A stretch of 64,000 nt of DNA, taken from positions 2,436 to 66,435 of IMG/VR virus record IMGVR_UViG_3300020317_000002, one strand, 5' to 3'. Below the pieces are notes generated by a model. That model searched no databases and was not told the origin of the DNA. It worked only from the letters and a program-made list of their open reading frames with translations. The translations under genes and the position numbers were made by a program. Position 1 is the first letter of the stretch; every line of letters begins with the position of its first letter. Positions 17,411 to 27,947 of this stretch are shown in pieces. Source of the DNA: a virus.

Positions 17411-17615
17411 TAGAATAAACTTACCGGAAGTAAACCGCCTAGAAGACTATTTAAAAGAACATGGAAGCCATGAGTTTTTTAGAAGGTATATTAAAAAGAC
17501 AGAGGCAATGATAGGACCATCTACATCCCATGCCTTTATAAACGACTTTATAAAGTTCTATCAAGAAGGAGAATCTAATACCTTCTATATTATACCACAG
17601 CTTAAACTTTTCTAA
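17400..17615 (+). CDS. Hypothetical protein
   Basis: 71-aa ORF overlapping the end of the deaminase gene. Confidence 0.55.
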   Translation: MSINRINLPEVNRLEDYLKEHGSHEFFRRYIKKTEAMIGPSTSHAFINDFIKFYQEGESNTFYIIPQLKLF

Positions 17616-17629
17616 GTTTAGGTGTATAA
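17604..17629 (+). promoter_or_regulatory. AAAC-N16-GTATAA promoter (class II)
   Basis: aaac-ttttctaagtttaggt-gtataa. Confidence 0.6.
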
Positions 17630-17648
17630 TAATAAAATAGGTTAAATC

Positions 17649-18161
17649 ATGCAAACAACTAAAGAAAAAGATATTGTAAAATATCAGTGGAAAAAGGGAG
17701 ATAATTTTGGTAAAGTAGTTGAGGTGGAATCTAAAGATTCTGAATTTACTCACTTTAAGGATGGATCTAAAATATTCAACAACGTATTACCTGAGTTTTT
17801 AGAAATAGTAACTGCTGAAGGATTACCTTTTCCTGGAGCTGAACGTATTGGATCTAAGCCAACGGCTACTCCTGTTAAAGAAATAGAGAAAAAAGTAGAA
17901 GTTAAAGAAACTTCTTCTCCACTTGGTCAATTAATTAAAACTTTATCTGCTAAGAATGTTGAATCATTTCAATTAAGCGTAGGAATTAATCTTCCTAAGA
18001 AAGAAATATTTAACATGTTAGTTGAAAACTCTGAAGAAGAAAAGGAGCAAATACTAGAAGAGATCTCTAAATCAGCTGTTTCTCAAATAGAGATAAATAA
18101 CCTACAAGAATTTTTAAACGAACAAATAACTGAATTTGTAACTAATTATTATAAAATATGA
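17649..18161 (+). CDS. Hypothetical protein
   Basis: 170-aa ORF, first gene of a coupled operon. Confidence 0.75.
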   Translation: MQTTKEKDIVKYQWKKGDNFGKVVEVESKDSEFTHFKDGSKIFNNVLPEFLEIVTAEGLPFPGAERIGSKPTATPVKEIEKKVEVKETSSPLGQLIKTLSAKNVESFQLSVGINLPKKEIFNMLVENSEEEKEQILEEISKSAVSQIEINNLQEFLNEQITEFVTNYYKI

Positions 18162-18544
18162 GTCAAGCAAGAAAATACAGAAGAGATACTTACAGGAGAG
18201 CTGGATTACTAAAAGCTAAAAACGAATGGGGAAGATTCTCTGAAAAAGGAATAGCATGGTACGCTATGAAACAGGATGAAGGTAGACAATTTCAAGAGGC
18301 TCAGCAAAAAAGAGTCAATGATCAAATTGAAGAACAATTGGGTTCGAAGCTTAATTCATTAAAAGAAACATGGACTAAGGTCGGTTATAACAAAGAAGAG
18401 ATCGATTTATTGGAAGAAGCCTTCGCTATGACTACAATCAAGGATAAAGAAACATATAGAGCTGATAGAAAAGCCGCAAGGAAAATATACAAAAAAGTTC
18501 AAGAATCCTTAGAAGAAAGACTAAATGCAGGAGATAATTCTTAA
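18158..18544 (+). CDS. Hypothetical protein
   Basis: 128 aa; ATGA overlap with the upstream gene. Confidence 0.75.
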   Translation: MSQARKYRRDTYRRAGLLKAKNEWGRFSEKGIAWYAMKQDEGRQFQEAQQKRVNDQIEEQLGSKLNSLKETWTKVGYNKEEIDLLEEAFAMTTIKDKETYRADRKAARKIYKKVQESLEERLNAGDNS

Positions 18545-18839
18545 GATAGCAGATAACGGTGTAATTAAAACCGTAACAGACGATAACATTAATGCGGGCG
18601 GTGAAAAATACGAGTCAGTTATCGTCTATGATTTTGATAAAGGTATCGATGATAAGGTTAGTTTTATCAAAGATGTTTGTATCGATGTCGGATTAGACTT
18701 TGGTAATTCAAAACAATCTAATCAAATACAGGTGGTCGCAGAATGGGGAACTAATTACAGTCCCTCTACCATCGAAACAAAACATAAAATCCAAACTTTA
18801 CAAACTAAAATTAAAGAGTTGGAGAAATTGATAAGATGA
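18525..18839 (+). CDS. Hypothetical protein
   Basis: 104 aa; coupled ORF. Confidence 0.7.
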   Translation: MQEIILKIADNGVIKTVTDDNINAGGEKYESVIVYDFDKGIDDKVSFIKDVCIDVGLDFGNSKQSNQIQVVAEWGTNYSPSTIETKHKIQTLQTKIKELEKLIR

Positions 18840-19237
18840 CAACAACGACCGAGATTACAATAGAATGTGTATGGTGTAACAGTAGAAAGGAATTTAATAA
18901 ATTCTGTAGAAACAACCCAGGAGAAACAGTTATAGATTTTTATAGCATTAGAAATAAGCTAGTTAAATCAGATCCGTATGACACTGAACCGCATCGTTCT
19001 GTAATTGGTCTTGCAATAAGAGATTCTTTCATTAATGTTCTAAATAAGAATGAAGACTTAGAAAAAATCATTTACTTATTCAAAAATTTAGATGCAGAAA
19101 CCATTGACAACTTTAAATTATTTTTACAAGAAACAATAGAACCTACTGCATCACTAAACTTAACAGTCATTAATAGAGATGATTATCCTAAAGGCGTTCT
19201 TAAAAGATTCGAAAGCGTCAAGATAATAGATCTATAA
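18836..19237 (+). CDS. Hypothetical protein
   Basis: 133 aa; ATGA overlap. Confidence 0.7.
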   Translation: MTTTTEITIECVWCNSRKEFNKFCRNNPGETVIDFYSIRNKLVKSDPYDTEPHRSVIGLAIRDSFINVLNKNEDLEKIIYLFKNLDAETIDNFKLFLQETIEPTASLNLTVINRDDYPKGVLKRFESVKIIDL

Positions 19238-19827
19238 TGATAAGACATAAGTTATTTTCAAAGGGTGAAAGAATTCATGCCCTTATATCCAACACTAGAC
19301 ATTCTCATATCGTATTTCCTGTTTATGCAATAATTCATGACGTTAAGTTCGACGAGGATATGCCAAGGTATCAAGTAAGAATTACTAAGTTTCATGACAA
19401 CATAGATTTCTTAAAACGATATCTCTTCGGTATGAAGTTTTCAAAGGACTTTAATAATAGAACTACTTCTTTCGCCCTTTCTAGAAAGAATTATAAATCC
19501 ATGAAAGATTTTCAGAATCAAATAGATTCTAAATGGGAGTCTTATATGATCTCAGTTGATTCCGTAATGTGTGTTAAAACCAAATCGGAGGTAATAGATC
19601 TATTTAACAATATACAAGATTTCTTAATCGAAAAGAATTTTAAAGACATATTTGAACTCTCAAGCAGAAGTGTATATTCTTCTGGCAATTATTATTATCA
19701 ATCAAGAGGAGTATTCGCAGCCCATCTCAAGAAGTTTCTAGGAGATAGAGAATCAAAGACGGATAAATATTATGATAAGCTTTTATATAGACCACAGTCA
19801 GACGATCTGGATGACATAGAATTGTGA
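19237..19827 (+). CDS. Hypothetical protein
   Basis: 196 aa; TAATG overlap. Confidence 0.75.
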   Translation: MIRHKLFSKGERIHALISNTRHSHIVFPVYAIIHDVKFDEDMPRYQVRITKFHDNIDFLKRYLFGMKFSKDFNNRTTSFALSRKNYKSMKDFQNQIDSKWESYMISVDSVMCVKTKSEVIDLFNNIQDFLIEKNFKDIFELSSRSVYSSGNYYYQSRGVFAAHLKKFLGDRESKTDKYYDKLLYRPQSDDLDDIEL

Positions 19828-19862
19828 ATATATAAAACCTAGTAAAAACATAATATTAAAAT

Positions 19863-21623
19863 ATGCCATTATTTGGATTAGTATCTAGCGCAACTGCTAC
19901 AAGTTTAAAATCTTCTGTTTCTGGGTTTGGAGATAAAGTCGACAACATGTTTGATTTTTCAAGCCCCGATGGTAAAGGAGTATCTGCACAGAATGCAGAT
20001 CCACAGAATACAATACTCGGAACATATGATAATCCTAATTCTAGGAGTAGAGCCCTTTTAGTGGGTTCGCCTTTAACTAACGTGGTGGTTGGTGGAAAAG
20101 AATCATATTATAAGCAAGAAGCTGAATCAGTAATATACTATAAAAGAGGTAAAGATGGTAAAGATACTAAAGAAGAAATAACCGACGGTAAGCATGCATA
20201 TTCTACATTTAATAAATACTCTTTAGTAAATTATAGAGGTAGTTTCTTTACACCCGGTGGTTCTGCTAAGTCCAAGGGAGTAGATGCTATTGAATATAAT
20301 AAAATAGACGAGAGAACATTAGATAATCCTACTGTTTCTAAAATAGTAGAAGTTACTAAAAATAATGCAGCTGGTTCAAGTGGATATGGATATATGTACA
20401 ATTATGCTGACTTTGCAATGTGTAGATATAATGGTAAAATACCTAATAATTATCTATTAACTTTAAGAAGATTTCCATATCCAGTACAAGATGACATTAT
20501 TACGCCGATGGACATCGATAAAGATGGTAAAGTTCGCGAAACAGATCAGCCAGACATTGCGAGAGCAGTAACGTGGATGAGCGAAGCTACGGGTAATAGC
20601 ATGTCAGATATTATTAAATGGTCACATGGATATAACTGGAAAGATGAATCCGCATCGATGCAAACGGTACAATCTAATAACTCTTCTAGGAGAGGTGCAT
20701 TCGGACAATTCTTAGATTCTAGTGTAATAGGTACAGCAGCAGCTAATGCAGCTGCCGGTGTAGATGGTATAACAGCACAGAGAAAAAAAAACGGAGGTTC
20801 CGGTTTTGATGCAATGGCTACTACATACCCTAACCATGTATTCGGCCCGGTTAACGTAATTAAAGATGTTTCCTTTAGAGAACAGGGTTTAACGTTTAGT
20901 CAAGAATTCAAACTTAAATTTGAATATGAATTAAGATCTTTCGGTGGAGCAAATCCTAAGGTTTTAATGTTAGATCAATTAGCAAATATAATGGTATTAA
21001 CTTCTAGCCAAGCTCCCTTCTGGGGAGGATCTGTTAGATATGTAGGAAACGGATCCGCTGGTAAGCCACTAGGTGATCTTTCTTTAATTAAATCAGGTAA
21101 CTATAGTGGATTTATTAAAAGTGTTGCATCTGGTTTAGGTGACATGTTTAAAGGAGTTGCTAATGACATAAAAGGATTAGCTAATGGAAAAGATTCTAAA
21201 TTCTTAAATAACATATTAGGAGGTACTTTAATGAAAATGTTTAATTCTCCATCAGGTGGACAGGCCGCAGCCTCTTTATTGACTGGAGATCCAACTGGAT
21301 CATGGCACCTTACTGTTGGTAATCCTTTAAATCCTATTATGTTAGTAGGTAATTTAACATGTAGAGAAACTAACGTAACCTTTGAAGGTGGTATGGGAGT
21401 TCAGGATTTTCCGGAAAGAATGGTAGTTGAAATTACGCTAAAACCCGGTAGAGGTAGAGATAAATTAGATATCGAATCTATGTTTAATATGGGTAGAGGT
21501 AGATTTTATTTACAGCCCGAAGAAGGTGTTGATATTAATAAAACGTATATTGAAACCGCCTATGGTGGTAAGGATAAGAGAAAATCTCTTAATAGAGAAT
21601 TTAGAAAAATAGCTAACGGGTAA
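19863..21623 (+). CDS. Putative baseplate/tail-tube initiator protein (gp48/gp54-like)
   Basis: First gene of the structural operon, after AATATATA at 19827. Tube-like C-terminus WHLTVGNP...DFPE.M.VEITLKP; precedes the gp53-like gene. Confidence 0.5.
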   Translation: MPLFGLVSSATATSLKSSVSGFGDKVDNMFDFSSPDGKGVSAQNADPQNTILGTYDNPNSRSRALLVGSPLTNVVVGGKESYYKQEAESVIYYKRGKDGKDTKEEITDGKHAYSTFNKYSLVNYRGSFFTPGGSAKSKGVDAIEYNKIDERTLDNPTVSKIVEVTKNNAAGSSGYGYMYNYADFAMCRYNGKIPNNYLLTLRRFPYPVQDDIITPMDIDKDGKVRETDQPDIARAVTWMSEATGNSMSDIIKWSHGYNWKDESASMQTVQSNNSSRRGAFGQFLDSSVIGTAAANAAAGVDGITAQRKKNGGSGFDAMATTYPNHVFGPVNVIKDVSFREQGLTFSQEFKLKFEYELRSFGGANPKVLMLDQLANIMVLTSSQAPFWGGSVRYVGNGSAGKPLGDLSLIKSGNYSGFIKSVASGLGDMFKGVANDIKGLANGKDSKFLNNILGGTLMKMFNSPSGGQAAASLLTGDPTGSWHLTVGNPLNPIMLVGNLTCRETNVTFEGGMGVQDFPERMVVEITLKPGRGRDKLDIESMFNMGRGRFYLQPEEGVDINKTYIETAYGGKDKRKSLNREFRKIANG

Positions 21624-22099
21624 TGATAAAATTATATAGTATAGATAAAAAGAAATTATCTGAGAATAAATTATCAATGGCTCCACCTTCGTTTATTTTT
21701 CTAGATATGACGGAAAGTGCAGTGCAATCGATACATGTCGTTGAAGAAGATGAGACGGGTAGAATAGATCTAGTATCTTTATCAGAATATGGAACCCATG
21801 ACGAAATAGATAAGATTCTAAAGTTTAATGGAATTTCAAATCCATTTTCTATTAAAGAAGGAGATGTACTATTGATTCCTAAACACGATGCAGGTAAGAA
21901 GACATGGAAATTGATGCTTAATTCGACTTATAAAAATCCTATTAGAGAACAATTCATAAATACGAAAAGGCTTCCAGTAAAGGATGCAAATAGAATAGCA
22001 TATTTAAGTAAGAAATATAATAAAGAAATATTACCTCCAAACATTATAAGATCTGGAGAACAAAATATTGATGTTAGTAACGGAAAAATTAAAACCTAG
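21623..22099 (+). CDS. Baseplate wedge protein, gp53/LysM-like
   Basis: RIDLVSLSEYG...ILKFNGISNPFSIKEGDVLLIP. Confidence 0.7.
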   Translation: MIKLYSIDKKKLSENKLSMAPPSFIFLDMTESAVQSIHVVEEDETGRIDLVSLSEYGTHDEIDKILKFNGISNPFSIKEGDVLLIPKHDAGKKTWKLMLNSTYKNPIREQFINTKRLPVKDANRIAYLSKKYNKEILPPNIIRSGEQNIDVSNGKIKT

Positions 22100-22104
22100 G
22101 GATA

Positions 22105-24309
22105 ATGCCATTAAGTAATCACATTTTAAATGTAATAGAACACTCACTGGAATTAGACGGAATAGAGTTTAATTCGTTTGATGAAGAAGAAGGCGCACAG
22201 AAAATAAGCCATGAAATAGGAGGTCCTATTCCAATGGTAGTTATTAACCATGCCAATTTTACGGGACAGGACATTAGGAGATTTGAAATTGATTGTACTG
22301 CTAAAATTCCTAAATTATCAGTTTCTATAATCGATACTAAGGGAACATTCGACGCAGATCAAATCCCCAGAGATGGCGATGTGGTTTCAATAAGAATAGC
22401 CTCAAGGCAACAAGACACATTTAAGGATATCAGAATAGATTTTGATATAGATGAAATATCAGGTCCTCCTGCTGGTTCTTTAGAAAAAGCAACAAACGGA
22501 TCCAAATATTCTATACAGGGTACTATGAAAGTACCAACTCTTTATTCAGAAGGTTGCGCATCTTATGAAGGAACTTCAAGAGAACAGGTTGAAGAATTTG
22601 CAAACAATTTAAAATTAGGATTAGCCACTAATGTTGATTCATCGGATGATGCAATGAAAGCTCTTAATGCATGTCAACCTAATATAGAATTTTTAAATAA
22701 TTTAGTAGAACATTCATATATCGGTGAAAACAGTTTTCAAACATATTGTATTGATCCTTATTATAACTTATGTTTCGTAGATGTCAATGCTCTTTTGAAT
22801 TCAGAAGAAGGATTAGATGAAACTCTTATTAATTTTGAAATAGATTTCGACGAAGACGGAGAAGAACAATCTTCTAATAAAATAGAAATACCTAACCTAT
22901 TAACTAATGCTGAATCAATGAATTCCACGAATTCCTTTATACAGAGTTTTAATTTAGTTAACAATAGTGGAGGCCTTTCGAAAAAGAATGGCTATAAAAG
23001 AAAAATGATGTATTATGAGAACGATTCCATCGGAGTTGTCTCTCATGAACTTGAGCCACTTGCAAGCGATAACATGAAGGATATTGAGGAGCCACTTAAA
23101 GGAAGAAGAGGCGAGGACAGATATACCAAAGAAGTGAAGTCAAAGTACATGGGAAGGCTTCCTATTCAAGAAGGAGATCTACCGAATGTACATCTGAATT
23201 ATTCGTATTCTTCAATTAGTAATCAACAAAACCTTGATGAAATGAATAAAATGAAGTTAGAAATAACTTTGAAAACATTTAACCCGGGAATTCATCTATG
23301 GCAAAAAATACCCGTTCAAATACTGAAAGGTGGATTTACCCAAATCTCTGCACAACAGGCAACAGTTGAGGGTAAAGATGAAAAGGGATTCGACACAGTT
23401 CAAAATGAAGAAGAAGTTGAAAGTGTAAATGATTTAAATACAGATCAGGTTAAAGATGAATTTTTAACAGGGTATTATGTAATAGGAGGAATTAAATACC
23501 TATATAACCAATCTACTGGGATTATTCAAAAACTTACACTATTAAGAAGAGAATGGCCAAGTAGACTTAGAGAGATAACCGAAGAGAAGCTAAAGGATGA
23601 AACTCCACCGGCTCCTTCTCCGCCACCTCCTCCACCTCCGCCTCCACCGCCACCTCCCCCACCACCGGAGCCAGAACCTCCAGTGAAACCTGTCTTTTCA
23701 TTAGAGACAATAGATTGGAGAAGCAGCTATGGCGGATGGTTAGATCAGACTAGACTATTCACATGGAGTGTTGACAATGAAGATTTAATATCAGGTGTTC
23801 CAGCTATTGAGGTAAAAATAGATGTAGGTGGGCCCGATGAAATGGTACTAACCGCTGATGTTTTCGAAGAACTAAAACAACAAGAGGGTCCATATCCAAT
23901 GATGATGCCGAAATATAATGCAGAAGTATTTGTTGAAGGTGGGTTATTTGAAGGTAAAGAAGATACTGAAAAACAGGTCGAGATTACACTAACATACGAG
24001 GATGAAATAGTTACGGTAAATGAAAAAATAAAATTCTTACCATGGGAACCTGGTAAAGAAATTAAAACACGATCGATTTTTGCCGGCAAGGGTAAAAATA
24101 AGAAAATGTGGACATATAATGTTAAAAATGGTGAGGAAGTTTCTAAATATAAGGGTAGATGGACATTAAATAATGAAGCCATAGCAAATAACAAATCCGG
24201 AGGAAATCCGTTTATAACGTCAGGTGAATTAACAGCAGATGATATACAGAGTGCTATAAGCCAGACTGAGTCTAGTTGGCAATCCGAATATCAATCAGAT
24301 AACTCTTAA
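22105..24309 (+). CDS. Putative baseplate hub protein (gp27/gpD-like) with a polyproline linker and extra C-terminal domain
   Basis: Lies between the LysM and gp5 genes. Hub-like ending LTGYYVI..IKY...QKLTLLRREW, then 16 prolines. Confidence 0.55.
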   Translation: MPLSNHILNVIEHSLELDGIEFNSFDEEEGAQKISHEIGGPIPMVVINHANFTGQDIRRFEIDCTAKIPKLSVSIIDTKGTFDADQIPRDGDVVSIRIASRQQDTFKDIRIDFDIDEISGPPAGSLEKATNGSKYSIQGTMKVPTLYSEGCASYEGTSREQVEEFANNLKLGLATNVDSSDDAMKALNACQPNIEFLNNLVEHSYIGENSFQTYCIDPYYNLCFVDVNALLNSEEGLDETLINFEIDFDEDGEEQSSNKIEIPNLLTNAESMNSTNSFIQSFNLVNNSGGLSKKNGYKRKMMYYENDSIGVVSHELEPLASDNMKDIEEPLKGRRGEDRYTKEVKSKYMGRLPIQEGDLPNVHLNYSYSSISNQQNLDEMNKMKLEITLKTFNPGIHLWQKIPVQILKGGFTQISAQQATVEGKDEKGFDTVQNEEEVESVNDLNTDQVKDEFLTGYYVIGGIKYLYNQSTGIIQKLTLLRREWPSRLREITEEKLKDETPPAPSPPPPPPPPPPPPPPPPEPEPPVKPVFSLETIDWRSSYGGWLDQTRLFTWSVDNEDLISGVPAIEVKIDVGGPDEMVLTADVFEELKQQEGPYPMMMPKYNAEVFVEGGLFEGKEDTEKQVEITLTYEDEIVTVNEKIKFLPWEPGKEIKTRSIFAGKGKNKKMWTYNVKNGEEVSKYKGRWTLNNEAIANNKSGGNPFITSGELTADDIQSAISQTESSWQSEYQSDNS
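23620..23667 (+). repeat. (CCN)16 polyproline tract
   Basis: 16 consecutive Pro codons using all four synonymous codons. Confidence 0.95.
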
Positions 24310-24333
24310 AGAATTAAATAGAATATATACTAT

Positions 24334-25503
24334 ATGTCAGATTTTAAAAATAAATTAGATTTTCAAAAAGGTAAATTAGCACAGTCGCCGTATCAGGATC
24401 CGACTTTTTTATCGTTCGTTATATTATTTAATACAAGCGATCATACTAATTCACCTTTATTATCTGGAGCAGCTGAAGAATTTTACAAAAAGCAATTTGG
24501 AGGTACTAAGTTTTACAAAGAAAGACTTGATGCCTTAACTAAGTTTAAAACAGCATTATTAGATATTAATAGAAATACCCCATGGTTCTTTCAAGGATTA
24601 CAGGGTGTTGATAGAGCAATTACAAATTTTAATCCCGGCGTTCCATATCTTGGAGGAGATGATGCAAAGTTAACGTTAAGTTGCTTAGAATCTATTAACC
24701 TTAGAGTTTCCGGTCTTATGCACTTATATAGAAAAGCAGTGTTTGACGAAATTAAATGGAATTGGATTTTACCTGAAAACTTAAGAAAGTTTTCGATGAT
24801 AGTATACGTTACTGAAGTTAGAAAGATTCAGAACATGTCTAAAATTACATTATCAGGTGTTCCTAAAAAGATAGACTTAGCTGCTATTAAGGGTTTTCCT
24901 GGAAATATGAAACCAAGCTTAGGCGTTGATAATTCAAATGCGGGTATATCTGGATCTAGTAATAGACCTTTCTTTATGTTTAGATTTGGTGAATGTGAAT
25001 TTGCTTTAAATACAGGTTCTGAAATATTTGCAGATCTTACTAAAAATCCAAGCGAACAAGCACGACAAACTATTGAAATGAAATATGAAGTCATAGATAG
25101 TATGGATGCAAGAGTATTAAATGGCATAGTTGCCGACACTATACCCAATGCATTATCCCCTGCACATGATTCAGAAGATTATGAAGCAGACGGAATATTA
25201 GGTCTTTTAGGAGATAAGCTTAAAGGAAAACTTAAAGAATTAGGAGAAAGAGGCCTCGATGATCTTAATAGATTAGCAAGAGAAAAGAAAGATGAATTAA
25301 TTCAAAGCGCAAGAGACGGCATTAGAGGCAGGGTTCCTAATTTTGAAAACATTTACCAAGACGCATTAAAAGGCGTTTCGGACGGAGTAGACAATATAGG
25401 TTCTAATATCGCTGAAAATGTATTTAATGTAGATACTAGTTCAACGGTAGGAGCTGCGCTAGACAATGCCGCTGCTCAATCTCTTGGTAATATAAACGAT
25501 TAA
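24334..25503 (+). CDS. Putative baseplate/tail structural protein
   Basis: 389 aa in the baseplate cluster; AATATATA 4 nt before the ATG. Confidence 0.55.
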   Translation: MSDFKNKLDFQKGKLAQSPYQDPTFLSFVILFNTSDHTNSPLLSGAAEEFYKKQFGGTKFYKERLDALTKFKTALLDINRNTPWFFQGLQGVDRAITNFNPGVPYLGGDDAKLTLSCLESINLRVSGLMHLYRKAVFDEIKWNWILPENLRKFSMIVYVTEVRKIQNMSKITLSGVPKKIDLAAIKGFPGNMKPSLGVDNSNAGISGSSNRPFFMFRFGECEFALNTGSEIFADLTKNPSEQARQTIEMKYEVIDSMDARVLNGIVADTIPNALSPAHDSEDYEADGILGLLGDKLKGKLKELGERGLDDLNRLAREKKDELIQSARDGIRGRVPNFENIYQDALKGVSDGVDNIGSNIAENVFNVDTSSTVGAALDNAAAQSLGNIND

Positions 25504-25506
25504 CGT

Positions 25507-26208
25507 ATGTCAACTGAAAAAGAATTAAATACTGATAATCTTAGAGACACTCATTGGTTAGGAGAAGTTATCGATAATGTCGATCCTCTTAAAATGGGTA
25601 GATGTAAGGTTAAGGTTTTGGGTAAATATGACAATTTACCAGATGATGCAATTCCATGGGCAACTCCTATGAATAGAAACGCAGTAGGTTCACACCTTGT
25701 TCCTAGAATAGGAGATATAGTTTCAGCTAGATTTGATAATGGTAATTTATATCATCCTGAATATTGGTTTCATATAGATCAAAATCTTGATCTTAAAGAA
25801 GACATATTAGACGGAGCTGGAAATGCTGAAAATGTAATCAGCTTAATATATGATGCTGAAAGAAACTTAAGAATTTATCACTCAGAAGAAGATGGCCTTG
25901 TAATTACTAGAGGCCTTGGCGCAAAGGAAAGACCTATAATTCAAATAGACGAAGCCGGCGATATTAAAATTTCAACAGGTGATAGGATATTTTTAGATGC
26001 AGGTAACATATTTTTAAGTAATACTGGAGAACCTGGAGAAGACACTGAACAACCCGCTGTGAGAGGATTATCTTTAGAAGATTTCCTAGCAAATTTTATC
26101 GCAGACTATAAGGCACATATTCATCCGACAGGTGTTGGTCCTTCTGGAACTTTACAGGTTCCATTTGTAGAAGGAGATCACAAGTCATATCAACAAGAAA
26201 ATAAATAA
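25507..26208 (+). CDS. Baseplate central spike (gp5/gpV-like OB fold)
   Basis: WLGEVIDNVDPLKMGRCKVKV.G...IPWATP...VP.IGD.V; C-terminal HIHPTGVGPS (HxH metal-binding tip). Confidence 0.85.
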   Translation: MSTEKELNTDNLRDTHWLGEVIDNVDPLKMGRCKVKVLGKYDNLPDDAIPWATPMNRNAVGSHLVPRIGDIVSARFDNGNLYHPEYWFHIDQNLDLKEDILDGAGNAENVISLIYDAERNLRIYHSEEDGLVITRGLGAKERPIIQIDEAGDIKISTGDRIFLDAGNIFLSNTGEPGEDTEQPAVRGLSLEDFLANFIADYKAHIHPTGVGPSGTLQVPFVEGDHKSYQQENK

Positions 26209-26210
26209 CT

Positions 26211-27902
26211 ATGCCTGCAAAATGGTCACCTTTCATAGATGAAGTATCTGATATTCTTGAAAATAGAGGATCTTTGGATGCAAAAGATTTCGGAAAGAAA
26301 TTGGCAAATGCATATTTAACAGCTATCAAGGGTAATGCAACATGTGTTCCGGGAATGGCTGCCCATGAAACATCTGCCGGAGAGGCTGCATTTGTAGCAA
26401 GTTACGAACAATGGTTTCATGACCTTTATGAAAAGGGTGAACCTACGATGCTAACCCCCGATAATGAAAAACCTCTCGTAAATCAAAAAGATAATTTAAT
26501 AGCATATTTAGCGACGGAAGCTGGTTCAGAAACTAGACTAACTATTGCCGGAAAGGACAACGATCCAGAATATAATAAATTAGAAGGTGAAATAGGAGAA
26601 GGTATACAGTATGAACCTACCGAAGAACTCGACAAGTATTTAGAAGAGTATAAGGATGACGGAACAGAAAGTCTATATAGATTTAAATTCTTCGAGTTTC
26701 ATCGCTTAGATGGTAAAGAAACCCCTGATGAATTGGCTAGAATATTTGCAACGAGATTATTAATGCAATTTGAAGATATTTCTGACGGAGATAAAAGATG
26801 GGATTTTTGGCACTGGGCCACGTGGATGGGAACTAACAAAATTACACAAAGTACAGTGGGAGGATATACTCTATGGGAGATTAATGATATGAACGATAAC
26901 AGGGATGCGGCTATATCTACCCTAATGGGATTAGATTGGAGTTGGCAATCATTTAAATCTTCCTCTAATGTGACGGTAACTAATACCAGTGGAAATTATA
27001 ATGGTGAATTTTATTTACTGGTTTCTAAATATGTAATTGATGAAATAAAAAAGTGCCATCCTATAGTAGATAGCAACGGAGAGTTTTTATACAATGAAGA
27101 AACTGCAATAAAGAAAGATTCTATAAAGGCTATTGAATATCCATGGCCCTTTGATACTACATTACCCGTAGGATATGAAGAAATGGAACCTGCTGAAAAA
27201 TTAAAAGTAAGATATCCATTCAAATTAACTAATTTAAAAATACAGGAACCTTTTAATGAAAATAAGAAAATGCCACCTGTATTAACTCAAAACGTTATTA
27301 CAGAATTTACATGGAACGGTAAAAAAGACTATGGTTTTAAAAAGACCAAAGTTAAACCGGTTTTTATAGAAGATGAATTAAGAAAAAAGTGGCAAGGATG
27401 TCCTCTTACTGAAAGTGACGAAACACAGAATTCTATTGTGAATATAGATATGTCTAAGACGGGAACTTTAGCTAAGCAAATTAGAAATACTTTAATAGTA
27501 GAAATGGGAATTGAAGCTGCAATGTTAGCAGAAGGCGGAAGTAAAGATGATCCATATAAAGAACTTGCAAAGGCAACTCTTAAATATTGGAAAGACGCGA
27601 CAATACAGCCATTTGCTACAGATCCCCCTACCCCACCATGTTTATCTGTTCCGGTTCTTTTAGGAAAATACATAGGTGTTAGTTATGGAAATCAGAAGAA
27701 ATTAGCAGACAATATTAGAAGAGCCCTTAATTCCGGAAAGGATTCTGATAACGCACATGAAGCAGCTGAAATAGTGGCAAAGGCACTTGCATATTCTTAT
27801 TTTACACATCTTAGCCAAATGAAATTTATTTACATGGGTGGAATCCCGGTTCCTTTAGTTCCATACATCCCGATGATAGGATTTGACGCCACCGTAATTT
27901 GA
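26211..27902 (+). CDS. Spike-associated hypothetical structural protein
   Basis: 563 aa directly after gp5. Confidence 0.6.
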   Translation: MPAKWSPFIDEVSDILENRGSLDAKDFGKKLANAYLTAIKGNATCVPGMAAHETSAGEAAFVASYEQWFHDLYEKGEPTMLTPDNEKPLVNQKDNLIAYLATEAGSETRLTIAGKDNDPEYNKLEGEIGEGIQYEPTEELDKYLEEYKDDGTESLYRFKFFEFHRLDGKETPDELARIFATRLLMQFEDISDGDKRWDFWHWATWMGTNKITQSTVGGYTLWEINDMNDNRDAAISTLMGLDWSWQSFKSSSNVTVTNTSGNYNGEFYLLVSKYVIDEIKKCHPIVDSNGEFLYNEETAIKKDSIKAIEYPWPFDTTLPVGYEEMEPAEKLKVRYPFKLTNLKIQEPFNENKKMPPVLTQNVITEFTWNGKKDYGFKKTKVKPVFIEDELRKKWQGCPLTESDETQNSIVNIDMSKTGTLAKQIRNTLIVEMGIEAAMLAEGGSKDDPYKELAKATLKYWKDATIQPFATDPPTPPCLSVPVLLGKYIGVSYGNQKKLADNIRRALNSGKDSDNAHEAAEIVAKALAYSYFTHLSQMKFIYMGGIPVPLVPYIPMIGFDATVI

Positions 27903-27908
27903 TATATA
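27901..27908 (+). promoter_or_regulatory. Late promoter GATATATA upstream of bS1
   Basis: Octamer at the gene junction. Confidence 0.6.
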
Positions 27909-27947
27909 GCTAGTAAACATACATTAACCCTTTTAAAAACAAAGTAA

